From the NCBI GenBank assembly GCA_965178125.1, contig OZ237762.1, positions 558,001 to 622,000 of the forward strand: 64,000 bases of DNA, written 5' to 3'. Below the pieces are notes generated by a model. The model was not told the origin of the DNA and did no database searches. It saw nothing but the letters and a program-made list of their open reading frames with translations. The stretch comes from Bilabrum cf. latius. Lineage: Eukaryota. This document shows, piece by piece, positions 1 to 13,237 of this stretch (position 1 is the first letter of the stretch; every line of letters begins with the position of its first letter). Both the position numbers and the translations under genes were made by a program.

Positions 1-1475
1 CATATTGCTCGCTTGGAGTTACGCCAGCGCACTCTGCTGCGGCCGTGCCAGGCAGGGCTTGGTTGACTCTAGTCGGGCTACTACCGGGCCAACGGTTGCT
101 GCCAGTACTATCGGGGCACAGTCCGGTCGTGCGCGACCAGATGAGTCTACCCAAATTGGAAATTCGCTGCGGAGTTTTGCTTGGTAGTCTTCTCCTACCC
201 GTGGTTCAGACCATCGCAGCACAAATGGCCAGACTATGGGGGAGTCAACACTGGCTTCTGCTAGGGCTTGATCCTTATATTTGGTAAGGCTTGAGGCAGT
301 ATGGACTACGTACCTTGTACAGGGCGTCGTCGGGGTTGAAAACGGTGGGCGATCAAGACGCTGTCGACCTCCAACAGCCGCATCGTAGCCTGTCGTCTAC
401 TGGAGTCGGACCATCGAATTGGCGGCTGCTTACTGTTCTATGTACTCGGACATCAGGATTGAAGCGACGAGGAGCAGAGATGAGCCGTAAGACGAGGCGA
501 GCGGAGGAGGGCAGGTGGAGAGGGACATGAGGGAGACACCGACACAGGGCGATGATAGTGCGGTGTCAACAGGGAGAACACAACGGGATGAAGGGGGCTC
601 CAGGTGCCAGGCACAAGGGAGACGTGAGTGACAGCAAGCTGCATGGCCAGTAGCGCGCATAGGGCCAACAGGCAGGTGGATAGATGGTGCGAATGGCAGG
701 TAGGCCAGGACCTGCAAGTACAAGCTAAGAGGATAGGGCCAAGGTGGCGTTGCAGGGAGCAAAGCACACGGTCCCTAGGGCGGTGAACAGAAACTGGAAA
801 CCATATTGCGAACGAGGCCAGTCGTATGCATTCGGAAAGTGGCGTGTTCAATTGCAGTGAGCTGGAGAAGAACCAGTCGTTTGGGGTGAAGCCCAGTGGG
901 TTCGCTGGACCGGGGGCAAAAATATTTCCTTTCAAGTGTAGGATACGATTCGGTCCGAGAGCAGGGCATGCAATCGAGCGAACCTGGACACATGCTATCT
1001 CCTTTGTTGGTGAGGCCAACAAGATCTCAAAGATTGAGGTCGCGCGTTGGGCGCAGGACCCGCTCGAGGTGTAGGCTCAGATGCGACTTGGCGACGCGGA
1101 AGAGAGAGAACGGTTGAGGAGGCCAGTCCAGTGAGGTACGAGCAGGAGCGGTGGCTAGGGGTGACGGTAGGGTCATCTGGTTGATCGGATGGATACGGCA
1201 TTAGGGATAGGAGGCACAGGCCAGGCAGGTAGACATGAGGGTGTTTGGGTGACGAGTGAATCGGATCTCAGGATCGGATCGCCCGATCACACCCGGACGT
1301 GGATGAGGAAGTTGGGAGGTCACCAATAGATTTGAGCGGCAATCGATACGCGTGCTCTTCGGGCGCTGAGGGGCAGCACTGGCAAGTTTTTTTTCTAGGT
1401 ACCTTTTGCTCGAACCATGGATCCAAGTATAGCACCGCAGCAGCGCACATCCGGATAGCGCGCACCCTGACACGA

Positions 1476-4400
1476 TTACGCCTCGCTCCCAAGCGATCGC
1501 ACCAGTGCCTGCATCAGATCGGTCGGAGCCACCGCCAGCCTGGGCCGGAACTCTGTGTCCACAATGTACAGCCGCTGCGCCTTGAGTCTCACAAAACCCT
1601 TCGCCACCGCCAAGAGACTGTCCGAGAGCCTGCACCTCCCCGCCAGCCAGCGCCTCTTTGTGCTGCGCTTCTGGCCCCTTTGCAGCACGCTCGCCATGCG
1701 GTTTACCTGGCCACTCGTCACACTCCCATGCACGCCCTCATGCATGGTGCGGACTCTGCTCCTGGGACTGCCACCGCCGCCGGGGGAGCTTGCATCGCTC
1801 ACCGAATCGTACTCGAGACCTTGGGGGTCCTGCCCCGGGCCTCTCCCAGCTTTCGATGATACCGCGCCTGCGCCCGCCCTTGTCTCCGCATCCCTCTTCG
1901 GCGTTGCAAGAAACTCGCCTGCTCCATCGGCGGTTGCACTCGCCCGAGTGCTCCGCATGCCCTTGCCGGCGTCCTCAGGCAATCTCTGGGCGAATGGCAG
2001 GCTGTGGGGATCGAACTCGCGATCATTGATCCCGAAGTACTGCGCGATGGGCATCCTGAGCCTGGCCAGGTCCTCTTCGCCCTTCACGCACGTCGCACTC
2101 AAGGTGGCACGGAGCCTTCCTCGGCTGTCGACCACCACCAGCTCCGGTCGTTTCTCGTTGTGCAGTCGATTTATCCCTTCAAGCACAGAGCTGTCGAGCC
2201 CTATGGTCGCTACAAGCGACGCCGATTTCTCCACGTCGATCACCTCAGATACGGGCAGCCGACCCACGTCGTACCAAGCAGCCCAATTGCCCACTAGTGC
2301 CTTGAGCACTGCGCTGAGAGTCAGCATCGCCACCGCAAAGCCGTCATCGTTGACGACTAGGATTCTCCTGTGGCCCTGCGCCAGCACCTGCACAGCGGTG
2401 GGAAGGCTTGCCGACCGAGCCACTGCCAGCACTGGCGACTTGCCGCTGAAGTTGATCACAGACTTAGCAGTCACGTCGCAGACAATTCGCTTGATCTCCG
2501 CCGATGCATCGTGCGCCTTCTCCATCCTAGCGGTCCCGAGGACTCGCGTGTCGGACCGACGAGGCAGCGAGGATGACGCAGAGGATCTGATGGATGATTC
2601 AGCAGCTTCGGGCTAACCCGCAGCAGCAGCTTGCTCTTCTAGACCTGGGGACTCCTTCCGCCCATCATGGTTGACTTGATGCTCAGCAGGCGGCCCTAGA
2701 TCTGCACCACCGCTCGCACCTATTCTTGCTCCTGTGCTCTCGCCTGTGGCTCCAGTGGGCCCTTCAGTGGGGCACCCATCCTCCTCGCCACCCTTGCTGC
2801 TGCCAGCATGCTCCACCATCGTGCCGGTGCTGCTCCCAGCCGTCCCTGCCCTGGCCAACTCGAGGCTGCCTGGTGCCCCACTACTCGTCACACCCTCCGC
2901 GACACCGCGTAGGCTGCTGGCCAGCGAAGTGCTTCCATTGCCCTGGCCCCTTGCAGCGGAGCCACTGTTTTCCAAAGCGCTTTGAACCCTGTGCCGGTAC
3001 TGCAGCGTGGCGGACTAACTCAAGAGATCCATGTTGGCGGCCTGCAGCTGCTTGATCACGTACATGACGATGTCGATGGCAGATGCCATGCCAACCACCT
3101 TGCACACTCGTGGCGTGTCATAAAGCTGGATCAGCTTTCTCTGGGGCGTCCTTCTGTGGATCAGCCTCGGGTTGGTCCACCGCAGGTACACCGGCCGGCC
3201 CTCCAGCATGACTCGGACCTTGGTCCCGGCTCTTCGCTTGCGACCAGCATCTCCTCGTCGGGCCCCGGAGCCGACAGGCAGGATGCCACCGTTGCCAGAT
3301 GGTGAACATATACCTGCCCCACTACTTGCATCAGCATACCCTGGTCGTGGATCTAGTCTAGCACCTGGCCCCACGCTCTCTTCATCTTCCTCTGCTCCTC
3401 CCATAGCCTTCTGCGATCTGCCGTCAACCGCCGCCATGGCTGCACCCCCCGGGAGCTCCAACAGCCCGGCGACTGGGTGCCTGCTCTAGGCTGCAGAAAC
3501 ATGCGCCCCTGGATCACTCTCCATCTCTGATGCATCGGACGCAGACAGTGAGCAGTCGGACTCTCCCCCACCCGCTCCCCTCCCATCGTCCAGGTCGCTC
3601 AGAGGGTCCTCCTCCTCAGGGCCCACAATCCTCTCACGCTCCGAATACACGGGACAGCTCACCACGTGCTTGTCTGACAGCAACGCAAGCATCTCGCCCA
3701 GCTTGTCTCCCGTGCGAAAGAAGGCGATGCCGGTCGGTGACCAGTCGCTCCCGATGACCGTGTCAACACGCATGAGGCTCCAATGGCACATTGGGCTGGA
3801 AATGGCCAGGACGAGCTTGTCTCGCCTTCGCGCCATCCTCGTGTGCCGGTCTACGGATGGAGTCAGGCACCCATTGAGCACCTGGCTCGTCTTGCAGATG
3901 TTGAATCGCCGCGAAATCTGCTGGGCCCTGGACTCGTACAGGGCGAGCGTGCTCTGGCCGGGGAACTCCTCGCCCTCGATTCCTTGCAGCTCGCTCCTGA
4001 CCGCCTGTATCTTGGCAGCGAGCACCTGCTGTATCTGAAGCAGCTGCACGTCATCCGGGATCACCCTGTCGCCGTGCGTTTCGAGCAACTCTACGATGTC
4101 TGCCATCCTCGGACGGTTGCTTGCCCGCGGCGCCCAGCACCGGGTCAGCAGCCCAACGAGCACCGGCGGCATGTTCTCGCACACAATGGGCCGGTACCCT
4201 TGCATGACGCGGTCGGCAATTTCCCTGTCGGTCAGGCTAAGTATCTCTGTAAATGGCAAAACTCGAGCAATCGCTTCCCACAGCATCACGCCAAAGGCAT
4301 ACGTGTCGACCGCCGTGGCAAACTCTGTGCTGACAGACCCGCGGTGTTGCTCCGGAGCCATATAGAACATAGTCCCTGTGCTGTACCCACCCTCATCCTT

Positions 4401-6603
4401 GTCTTCATCTACAAATGCATTGCTAAGCCCGAAATCGGACAGTACCCCCCCGAATGATCGGTTGATCAGCACGTTGGCAGGCTTGATGTCGCGATGCACG
4501 TAACCGTGTGTGTGAGTGAACAAGAGACCCTTCGCCACGTCAAGAAATACCCGACGAAGACGAGCAGCTGAGTACAGCTCGCCCTGGGATGTTCGGCTCC
4601 GACTAGAGGCAGCCGAGCTCGACGAGGACGGCGACGGCAACGCAACAGCTGCAGCTGATGCGCCTGCTGCTGCCCGCCCCCTACTATCTAGAACAAGCGA
4701 GGCAGGTCCATCCTTGCTGGCAAGCCGACTGCGCAAGCTGGCAATCCCGCCTGCAGCTGCGCCTCCATGCCTCCCTTCGTGCACTAGCTTGAACAGCGAC
4801 ATGGGGTAGTGCTCCATGACGATCATCATGCGACTCGACTTGCGCTCCTGGCATATCCCGAGCAGCCTCGCGATCTGCGGGAAAGGAAGTGAGGCCATGA
4901 CGTTCACCTCGGAGACGAACTCGTCAAGGTCCATTTCGTCCGCAAGGTTCGAGAGAATCTCCTTAATCGCCACAGTGGACTTTGCGTACTTGCCTTCGTA
5001 CACGAAGCCACAGCCGCCCCTTCCGATCCTGCGTGTCTTGGTAAGCATGTTACGGGGTATCACCACGATGCTGTGGTGCAGCCGAGATAGGCTCTTCTGC
5101 ACTGACTTCTTCTCCGCTAAGGTCAGCTGGGCATCCCGAATATGCCGCCTCCAGAGCTTGCTGACCTCAGGAGCCGAGGTGATGGTAGGCGGCGGGGGAA
5201 GCGGGTCGATCTGAAGGCTCGAGCTTTGTGGAGGCCCAAAACCTGAATCGTTACTGCCGTTGTCACTTATTTTCTGGTCAGCAGCTGGATCCTTGCCTGC
5301 TCCTGACGCCCCTGATGCTGCAGCTGAAGCCCCACCACCATCGCCCTTGCCGCCAGTTGCACCTGCCGCGCTGCTTGTCTTCACCTTTGCTGCAGCCTCT
5401 GCTTGCTTGGCCATTTTTTCTATCGTCCTATTTCTGCGCAACACTGCCAGCTCGTGTAGCTTTTGCTCAATGTACGGCGGCGGTCTGTCCTGACAGTACA
5501 GCCGCAGTGTCTGCCTCTCTCTGCGTCCGTCGATGCCCGCCAGGTCGATTTCCTGGTCGCCCACCACAGACACCTTCAGGCTGTCCAACGGAAACACGGC
5601 CTCTGGCAGGACGATGGGGTGGTACGGCGGTCTATCGCCTTGATGGCCTGGACCTGGCCTGGGTGCAGGTGGCGATGGTATTCCCAAGAAGCCCATGCCG
5701 CCGCCGCCGCTGCCACTGGCTGTGCTGCTGCTATTGCCAGAGAGGGGTCCGGGCATGCCTTCTAGTAGAGCTAGCTGGCGCTATACCTCCGCCGGCGAGG
5801 CGCCCGTCTCCTCGATCTCGGTCCGGAGGGCTGCAAGCTCGCTCAACTTCTTCTTGTGCTTGCGCTCCCAAGCGGCATTGCGAGCGGCTGCTCGCAGCAC
5901 CCAGCGCACATGTACCTCGTGTATGTCGTCCAGCGTGGAAGGAGGGGCGCAACCGCGGGCGATTTTCTCTGCGTCTCTGTGCTTTCGTCGACTGTTTCGG
6001 CTGTATTCTCGTTCCGAATCCATGCTCGCAATGAAGCCACTATCGACACCGGTGGCAGGGTCTGACAAAGACTTGCCACCCGTTGGAATGCCGAGATCCA
6101 TGAATAGGCTGCTTCCACCCGTTTTTCGCGTCCCATCCCTGTTTCTGTGTCCGTGGTCTGCTCGATCCGAATCTACCGTGCTGCTATCAGAACCGGCAGA
6201 AAGCCCCCCTTTCTCAGACACAAAATGGGTACTTGTCACTTGGACGATTGAACCTCTCGCTACTAGCTCATCATCTACCTGTTGGCCCGTTAGCTCGCCA
6301 CCAACTGGTTTCCGCGAGCTTCTTGTTTTGTGCTCGTGTAGACGTCGGACGACGCCGAGGAAACTGTCCGGATTCCAATAAACCAAATGTGTTGGCGTCA
6401 AGCAGAAGACCTTTGGAGACCATCGTAGCAACATAAAACTCTGCGATGGGCAAATAACATGGCACTAATATTGGTGCTGCGTAAATCTTCCTCATCTACC
6501 TACTAAGTAGGACATTAACGTGCAAACACACCTGTTTCCTAAGGATGCCATAGCACATCACCTTCTGATGACGGCTCGGCATGCCTATTCCTTCGGCATG
6601 CAT
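1476..6603 (-). CDS. Multidomain protein kinase: N-terminal PH domain, TKL-type kinase, C-terminal CBS repeats (~1,680 aa, 4 in-frame TAG; 5' end uncertain)
   Basis: ORFs 5781-6434, 3486-5756, 3015-3461, 2613-2975 and 1476-2525 share one frame. They are separated only by TAG (5781, 3486, 3015, 2613) and end at TAA (1476-1478). Kinase motifs: IGRGGCGFVY, VAIK, HRDIKPAN, DFG, YMAPE. CBS-like segments: LALLSDKHVVSCPVY...VVGMASAIDIV, HRRILVVNDDGFAVAMLTLSAVL, ELVVVDSRGRLRATLS. Removing a GT-AG intron at 6531-6441 gives VMCYGILRKQ|SFMLLRWSPKVFCLTPTHLVYW, a typical PH start. Confidence 0.85.
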
Positions 6604-7082
6604 CTCGCCAAAGCTCAAGATGTCTGCCCACCGCAAGGAGCGGCGCCGCGCACTATACTGTGGTGACCAGTTCCGCAAGTAGCAGCAGAAATCCAGTAGA
6701 CTACGCCCAAAATATTCTTCAGTATGTCTAATATTCCTTTATGTGCCGCTACCCTTGGTTTCGTACTTGCAACTTTATCGCAAGAAGGGAGGTGCTAGCC
6801 CATAACTGTGCGATACGGCGTGTTGGCTCCATTTGAAGACGGGCCACGACAGTCGTGCTTAGAGGGATATAGTGTGCTCAATGGGGTCCTAGCAAGATCA
6901 TCTGTGGTAGCAAATTGGTCTGTTACTCAGGCTGGAGCCTCTGTGAGTTCGTTGGCTTAATATCTTAATATGGTGCTATCGAGCACTGGTGCTGACGCAT
7001 CCTGATAGTCAATATCTCATGCCTCATTTAGTACTTGATCGTTACCGCCTTTTGAAATATCAGATGACTGCATCTATCACAG

Positions 7083-10000
7083 GTAGAGGTTGTCGCGCTG
7101 CCGGCCTCGACTCCATTCCAGGCTTGGGCATCTGCAGAGCAGTTCCTGTCAGTGGATCCATGCGCGACGACGCCTGCCAACGGCACATGCAACACGGTCG
7201 TCGGCGGGATCATCGGCGCCGGTACAACGGAAGCCACGGCGCATGTGCAGCTGCTCGCAGCTCGCCACTAGGTGCCACTGATTTCCTACAGCTCGTCAGG
7301 GAGCACCCTCACTCGCGGCATTGGCGGCAACGCGCACGACAGCGCCGACAGCATGCCGTACGCCCGCACGTGCCACTCCGATGCTCTCCTCGCCCACGGC
7401 GTGTGGCGGCTCCTCCGTCACTTCGGCTGGAAGCAGGTGGCCCACCTCCATGAAGAGAGCGAGGCGGGGCGCCTATTCTCGGAGAGCTTGCAGGAGACAA
7501 TCGAGGACGACGGGAACAGCCTCGTGCTCACCTCCATGCTCGGTTTCAAGGATCCCACGGGGCTCTTCGCCGCCTCTGCGTATGATCCAGCCGCAGGTGG
7601 TGGCGAATCATCGGCTTCTTCCTCCTCTTCCCAGTCGTCGTCCTCCTCGGGAGCATCCGTTGACGTGGACTACACGTCGATTGACAAGGCACTGGATGTG
7701 TTAAAGGAGCGGCCGACGCGCGTGGTCGTGCTGTACGCGGCACCGGAGATCGCGGCGGTGGTCATGCGCAGGGCCAAGGCCAAGCACATGATCGGGAGGG
7801 GATGGACCTGGGTGGGCACGGACTGGGTAAGGGAGTACACCTGGAACCACGCCTATGCCAGCGAGGAGGGCAGTGAGGAGAGCGCGATTGATGGCATACT
7901 GGAGGGCGTGGTGGGAGTGGTGCCCGCAGAGTTGGACGTATATGAGAGAAGGCTGCGAGTGGCGTACCCCGCGGTGGACCCCAGCTCCGGCGATGTCGTG
8001 CGCCCGCCCGCGCCGTCCACCGAGGACCCCTCTGGCACGACCGCCGTGAACTTCGACCTGCTCATACCCCCTGGCTCCGCCGGCATGCCCGAGCTGCCGG
8101 CTAGGGCCGCGTGCCCTGCACTGGATGCGTGCCCACCGGAAGGCTGCCTGGTCTCACCCGACGTGTTCCTGCCATTCGCCGAGGAGGCAGCTGACGCGCT
8201 CGTAGTCTCTGCAGCAAGCCTGCTCTCCAGTCCGTACGATCGGTCGGCCTCGCCGTGCCCCAGCGCCGTTGGGCCCCTCGGCGTGGGACACCCCGCACAG
8301 GACGGCGTCAACGCCCGTGTGTGCCCTGCAGACGTTGTCAGGCGCATGAGAGATGGTACCCTGTCGGAGCAGCCGGCACCCGAGAACACGGTGATCGCCA
8401 GGTTTATGCAGGACGGAGAGAGAGCCAATGTCCCACTGCACGTCGTCAACGTGGACAAGCAGCGCCCGAGGCTTGTCGCCACGTGGCGCAGCGACTACGA
8501 TCCCAGCGTACCGAGAAGCGAGCAGCCAGACGTGCGTTTCTTCGACGGCGACTGGAAGTTCACCGCCGACGTGGTGTGGCCCGGTGGCACCACCGACATC
8601 CCATCGGACCGGGCGATCGAAAGCGAGAGCAGCGCAGCGGTGATCGTGGCAGTCTTCCTCGCCGGGATTGTGCTCTCGCTGATCGTCGGCAGGTTCGGAC
8701 AGGAGCTGACGGGTGCCCTGGTACCAGCCAGTGGAATCACCATCCTGATCGGCCTGGCCTTTGGCGGTGTCCTGCGCGCCATCAGCGACGAAGAGATCTC
8801 CCAGCTCGCCACCTTCAACGAGAGGCTCTTCCTGCTCGCCTTCCTCCCGATCATCATCTTCCAGAGCGGGTACGCGCTGGACAAGTACCCCTTCTTCGAC
8901 CAGATTGCCTCCATCCTCAGCTTTGCATTCGTGGGAACCATCCTGTCCACGTTCGTTGTGGGCGGGGCGCTCTACGAGCTGGGCACGGCAGGGTACGTGA
9001 TGCGGTTGAGCTTCGAGGAGGCGCTTGCATTTGCCTCGCTGATCTCCGCAGTGGACCCAGTGGCCACCCTGGCTGTGTTCGAGCACCTCCGAGTAGACAG
9101 CTTCCTGCACTCGCTCGTGTACGGGGAAGCGGTGCTGAACGATGCCGTGGCGGTGGTGCTCTTCCGCATGTTTACGACTTTCATGCAGAGAGAGGCCACT
9201 GGCGAGGTCATCGGGGAGCAGGTGGGCATGTTCGTACTCGTGTTTTTCGCCTCTGTATTCATCGGGGTGGCATTCGGCGTGCTCTCCACTTGGGTGTTCT
9301 GGTGCGTGCGAATCTACGGAGGCGGGTACCTGACCGAGGACCCCAGCCGGCGAGGTGTGGACGAGCAGGCGCAGAGGAGGGGCGAGGAGGAGCGGTGGGG
9401 GCCCGTTGAAGTGATCACTGTCCCGGCAGCCCACCCGACGGGACGTGGCGGCATGGATGACATGGTCGCGGCTACTGCGGCCGCGGTCGACGCCGCTACA
9501 GGTGCAGGTGCTGCCTCAGCTGCCGGCGACGGCGCGGCAGCCGTGAGTGCAGACGACATCGCATTGGCACAGGCCTAGGGTGAGGCTGCAGGGCCAGGCG
9601 AGAACCCGCTGCGGACTGTGCCCTCGACCCACGACAGGGAGTGCTTCGGGTGCGTAGCGGGATGGCGCTGCAGGCAAGAGGACGCCAACGGGACAGTGCA
9701 AACGCTGCTGGTACTTCTTCTGTCCTTTGCGGCTTTCGCGCTCGCCGAATCGGTTGAGATGAGCGGGATTGTGGCGTCGCTGTTTGCCGGCATCACCGCC
9801 AACCACATGACCTGGCGGGTCCTGAGTCCTGCTGGTCGCAAGACATCTGGTGCGGTGTTTCGGATGCTTGCCAATGCGGCAGAGACTGCGGTGTTCTTCC
9901 AGGTCGGTGCCAACATCCCTCTGCTGGGAGGCAGCGCCGGTGCACCATTCATCATCGCCACGATCGCGCTGTGCCTGGGGGCCCGTGCCCTCCACGTGTT

Positions 10001-10709
10001 TCCGCTCACCCTCATGCTGAATTGCTGCCGCAAGAAGCCCATCAAATGGTCCCACAGCATGGTGATCTGGCACAGTGGCCTTCGTGGCGCGATCGCGTAT
10101 GCCACCTGCCTGCTCTTCCCCTCCCAGCACCGCGAGGAGATCGTCGTGGCGACCTCATGGACGATCCTGTTCACCATCTTCGTGCTGGGTGGGAGCACCA
10201 AGCCGCTTTTGGACTGCCTCGGGGTGGACCGCGAGGACAACAAAAAGATGCAGCAGCAAGCGTCCAACGCTGTCTCCGGAAAGCTCACGGCAGGCAGCAG
10301 CGGCGGCGGTTCTAACGAGTCCGGCTCTGACGACGTCCGGACGCGGCAGGGCAGGCAGGCCATGGCAGCCGGGATGCGGAAGCAGTCCTGGTTCATGGAT
10401 GTGATCGCACGCGTGGACGCGTGGTTGCGCGAAGCGATGCTTCCCGGGAAGGTGCCTGGGGCGCTCCGGCAGGGCGATGAGGCAGCGAGGGAGGCAGCGG
10501 AGGAGGCAGGTAGGTGCGGGCCCGCTGCGTGCTGCGTGAGCAGCGGCGGCGGCGGCGGCGGTGGTCCTGGCGGTGCGGGTGGCTTTGCAGGCATGGAGGA
10601 CGATGTGGAGGAAGAGAGGGACGGTGCGGCTGGGTCGCGGGGCAGCAGGGCCAGAGGTGGAAGGCGGCAGGAGAACAGGACGGAGGTTGGCGATGTGGAG
10701 ATGACTTGA
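7083..10709 (+). CDS. Fusion of an ANF-receptor/Venus-flytrap (type-1 PBP) domain to a CPA1 Na+/H+ exchanger (NHE8/NHX-like); upstream exon(s) not resolved
   Basis: One frame from a likely acceptor (cacag|7083) through TAG 7269 and TAG 9576 to TGA 10707-10709. VFT motifs: GGIIGAGTTEAT...H*VPLISYSS, LLRHFGWKQVA, RVVVLYA, MIGRGWTWVGTDW. NHE motifs: LFLLAFLPIIIFQSGY, FASLISAVDPVATLAVF, LVYGEAVLNDAVAVVLF, EMSGIVASLFAGI, WHSGLRGAIAYA, TIFVLGGSTKPLL. Confidence 0.88.
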
Positions 10710-10834
10710 TCTTGCATATGGATTCTACGATGCAGATCCAATCGACTGGTGCCGTACTGTGCAGTGCAAAGAGTCTCCAGTTCATTCCCTCTCCAGTTCA
10801 TTCACTCACCAACCAACCGACCCTGGCAGGGGGA

Positions 10835-12010
10835 TCAGCGATCAACTCCGCCGTCAGGCCGCACCTCCACTTGCTCTGGCGCGCCGCTCCCTTCGGCTGG
10901 ATTGATGACACTGCTGCCAGCAATCGTGGCAGCAGCGGACTTGCCATCGCTACCCGGAGCCAAACTCGCACCTGCCTCCAGGCTCTGCTTTTCTTCCTTT
11001 TCCTACTGCATAATGCCGTTGTCCCTTCCTGGATTGCCAGTAGGACCAGCCCCGTCCCCGTCCCCGCCTACGCCCCGCTGCACTTCATCAATGGCCAACA
11101 AGAGCCAGGCAGGCAGCTCGACGCTGGCAGTGCCAGGAGCGCCTGTGTCGCTGCTGTTGCCAGCTTTAGCATCTGCATCAGCCTATTTCACGTCTCCGTG
11201 CGTGCTCCACAGCGGTCTAGCAACCGTCCCATCCCGCTCATCCCTTCTCATTCGAAGCTCTTTGGAGGCAATGAGGTGGGCAGCTCCCATTCCGCCTACA
11301 GAACGATCGGCAGGAGCATTGAAGTCGGCACCCCTCGTGCGAAATTCCTCGAGCAGTGAGATGCACGCAGGTCTTCGTGCGCAATCTATCGGGGTGAGGT
11401 GTGCAGCGGTTTCACCTGCGCGGTTTTTTGCGGCCGGGTTTGCACCTAATCTCAGAAGCTCATCCGCGGCTTCAAATGCCCCTAAATCCATGGCAAAGTG
11501 AAGAGGGGTATCACCATCATTTCCTTGAGCCGTTGGGCTGGCCCCTGCGCCAACAAGCAATGCAATCACGGTCCTATTATTAGTTGATGTTGCCCAGTGG
11601 ATTGGCTGCGAACCCGCAGAGTTTGTCACACCAGCCGAGAATGCCCCAGACTCCAAGAGCAGCATAATTACTTTGATGTTGCCTCCCTTTGCAGCCCAAT
11701 GCATAGCATTGTTACCGTGCCGGTCCGATAGCTCGCTGCACCCTACCAAATCATCGGCAAGGAACTCCCTAACGCGGTCCTCGTGCCCTTTGTAGCACGC
11801 ATACAAGAATTGTTGGTCTGTTGAAAGTACACCAGCAATCTCTACAGCAATAACAATCGCGATAAGTAAGGATGCGCACAGCCAAATACACGAGCAAGAC
11901 CGCAGCGCTCCATCCGCCCCATCAGTGCTTGTTTGCCTCTCCTTGCTATCCTGAGGTAACTTGGAGGAAGTCGTGTACTTGTCATCGTCTTCAAGAAAGT
12001 CATTAGTCAT
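10835..12010 (-). CDS. Single-pass membrane protein with ankyrin repeats
   Basis: ATG at 12010. A hydrophobic helix (IWLCASLLIAIVIAVEIAGVL) is followed by ankyrin repeats (GNNAMHWAAKGG, GSQPIHWA, GDTPLHFA, GETAAHL). The frame continues past TAG 11183 and one more TAG to TGA at 10835-10837. Confidence 0.8.
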
Positions 12011-12287
12011 GGCTATTTGTTGGTCATGGCGTGCGGCTGGCAAGATCTTTGAGCCGGCGGCTCGTCACGCTGCGCCTCTCAGGCCGGGCTGTGCAGTCAC
12101 GGTGGGGTGTGCGCGCATGCCTTTCTAGCCTGCGTGCCTTCCAATACGCTGCCTTTCCCGTAGCGACGCGCCACAGTACTCGATGACTCAATCGCTGCAA
12201 CAAGAGATAGGCGTGGTAGTATTGGCACAGGGAGAGAGTCTCGTTTTAGTCATTGCAACACTTGAGAAATCGCGCCCACTCGCGCGA

Positions 12288-12992
12288 TCAGCCCTCCTCG
12301 TCCGGCTCGGCCACCTTGTAGTCCTTCTTCGCCTTGGCAGCGTACGCATCGAAATCCTTCTCGCACTCCCCGTGCGCATCCGGATTCATTGGGCTGCCCA
12401 TGTTGGGCTCCGCAAACAGGCCCCGGATGAAGTTCGCCATGTTGATCATTGAGCAAGATGGCGCCCACTTGAGCTCCTCGGTGCACACCTGCCCGCTCTT
12501 GGACACGTTGGGGTGGTACGGGACCATCTTGAAGAGGCACTCGGGCTGCTTGAAGGGGTACTCCTTCGGCAAAGTCACGTCCACATCGACGCTGCGTCCC
12601 TTGAACGGGCTGTCGTACTCCTTGCCGGCCACCTTCATCTTGTCCTGCAAATTCATACTTAACCACGACACAAACGAAATGCAACTGCAGCAGCTGAGGA
12701 AAACCACTCATATGTAGATGACAAGTGTTAGGCTCTCACGGGAAGAGCAACATGCAGCACCAGCTGGTGCGCATCATCGCCAGCCACATCAATGGTGCAT
12801 CCATTTGTTCTGGTCTTATATACGGGGGCCTTCCACATCCTGGCCTCCTGCAAGAGTGGCGTTCTCGGAATATCGTAAACAGATTCGATCTGGATGATTT
12901 CAACGAGATACGAGAAAATCCGCATCAATCTCGGAGAGGATACTCACATTCATCAAACGAGTTGCAGCTGAAGCAGTTGCGGCGCCGGCCAT
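12288..12992 (-). CDS. Ubiquitin-conjugating enzyme E2, UBE2L3/UbcH7-like, copy 1 (3 exons)
   Basis: Exons 12992-12948 (MAGAATASAATRLMN), 12847-12740 and 12644-12288, with GT-AG introns of 100 and 95 bp. Motifs PKEYPFKQP and YHPNVSKSGQVC (HPN plus catalytic Cys). Ends at TGA. Confidence 0.9.
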
Positions 12993-13237
12993 ATTTCTTG
13001 ATTGTTCAATATATCGAGTTGCCGCCTTCTCGAGCTAGATCTAAACCAAAGAAAATGGTAACTGTACGCTACAAATAGGGTGTGATGAGTGATGCAGACG
13101 AACAGGGTTCTGCTCGCACACCCGCTGCTGCTGTCTTTCGCCGCCGTCGCTCCAGATTTGCCGAGCCAAGGCAATCGCAAGATCCACAACGCTGCCCCAT
13201 AGCTTGCGATCGCTAATACGCCATCTGCTTGCCTAAC

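Noticed and set aside
1-1300. Possible decayed retroelement (QG...LSPLL-like string near 960-1010)
   Set aside because: The frames contain TGA stops and the motif match is too weak to call.
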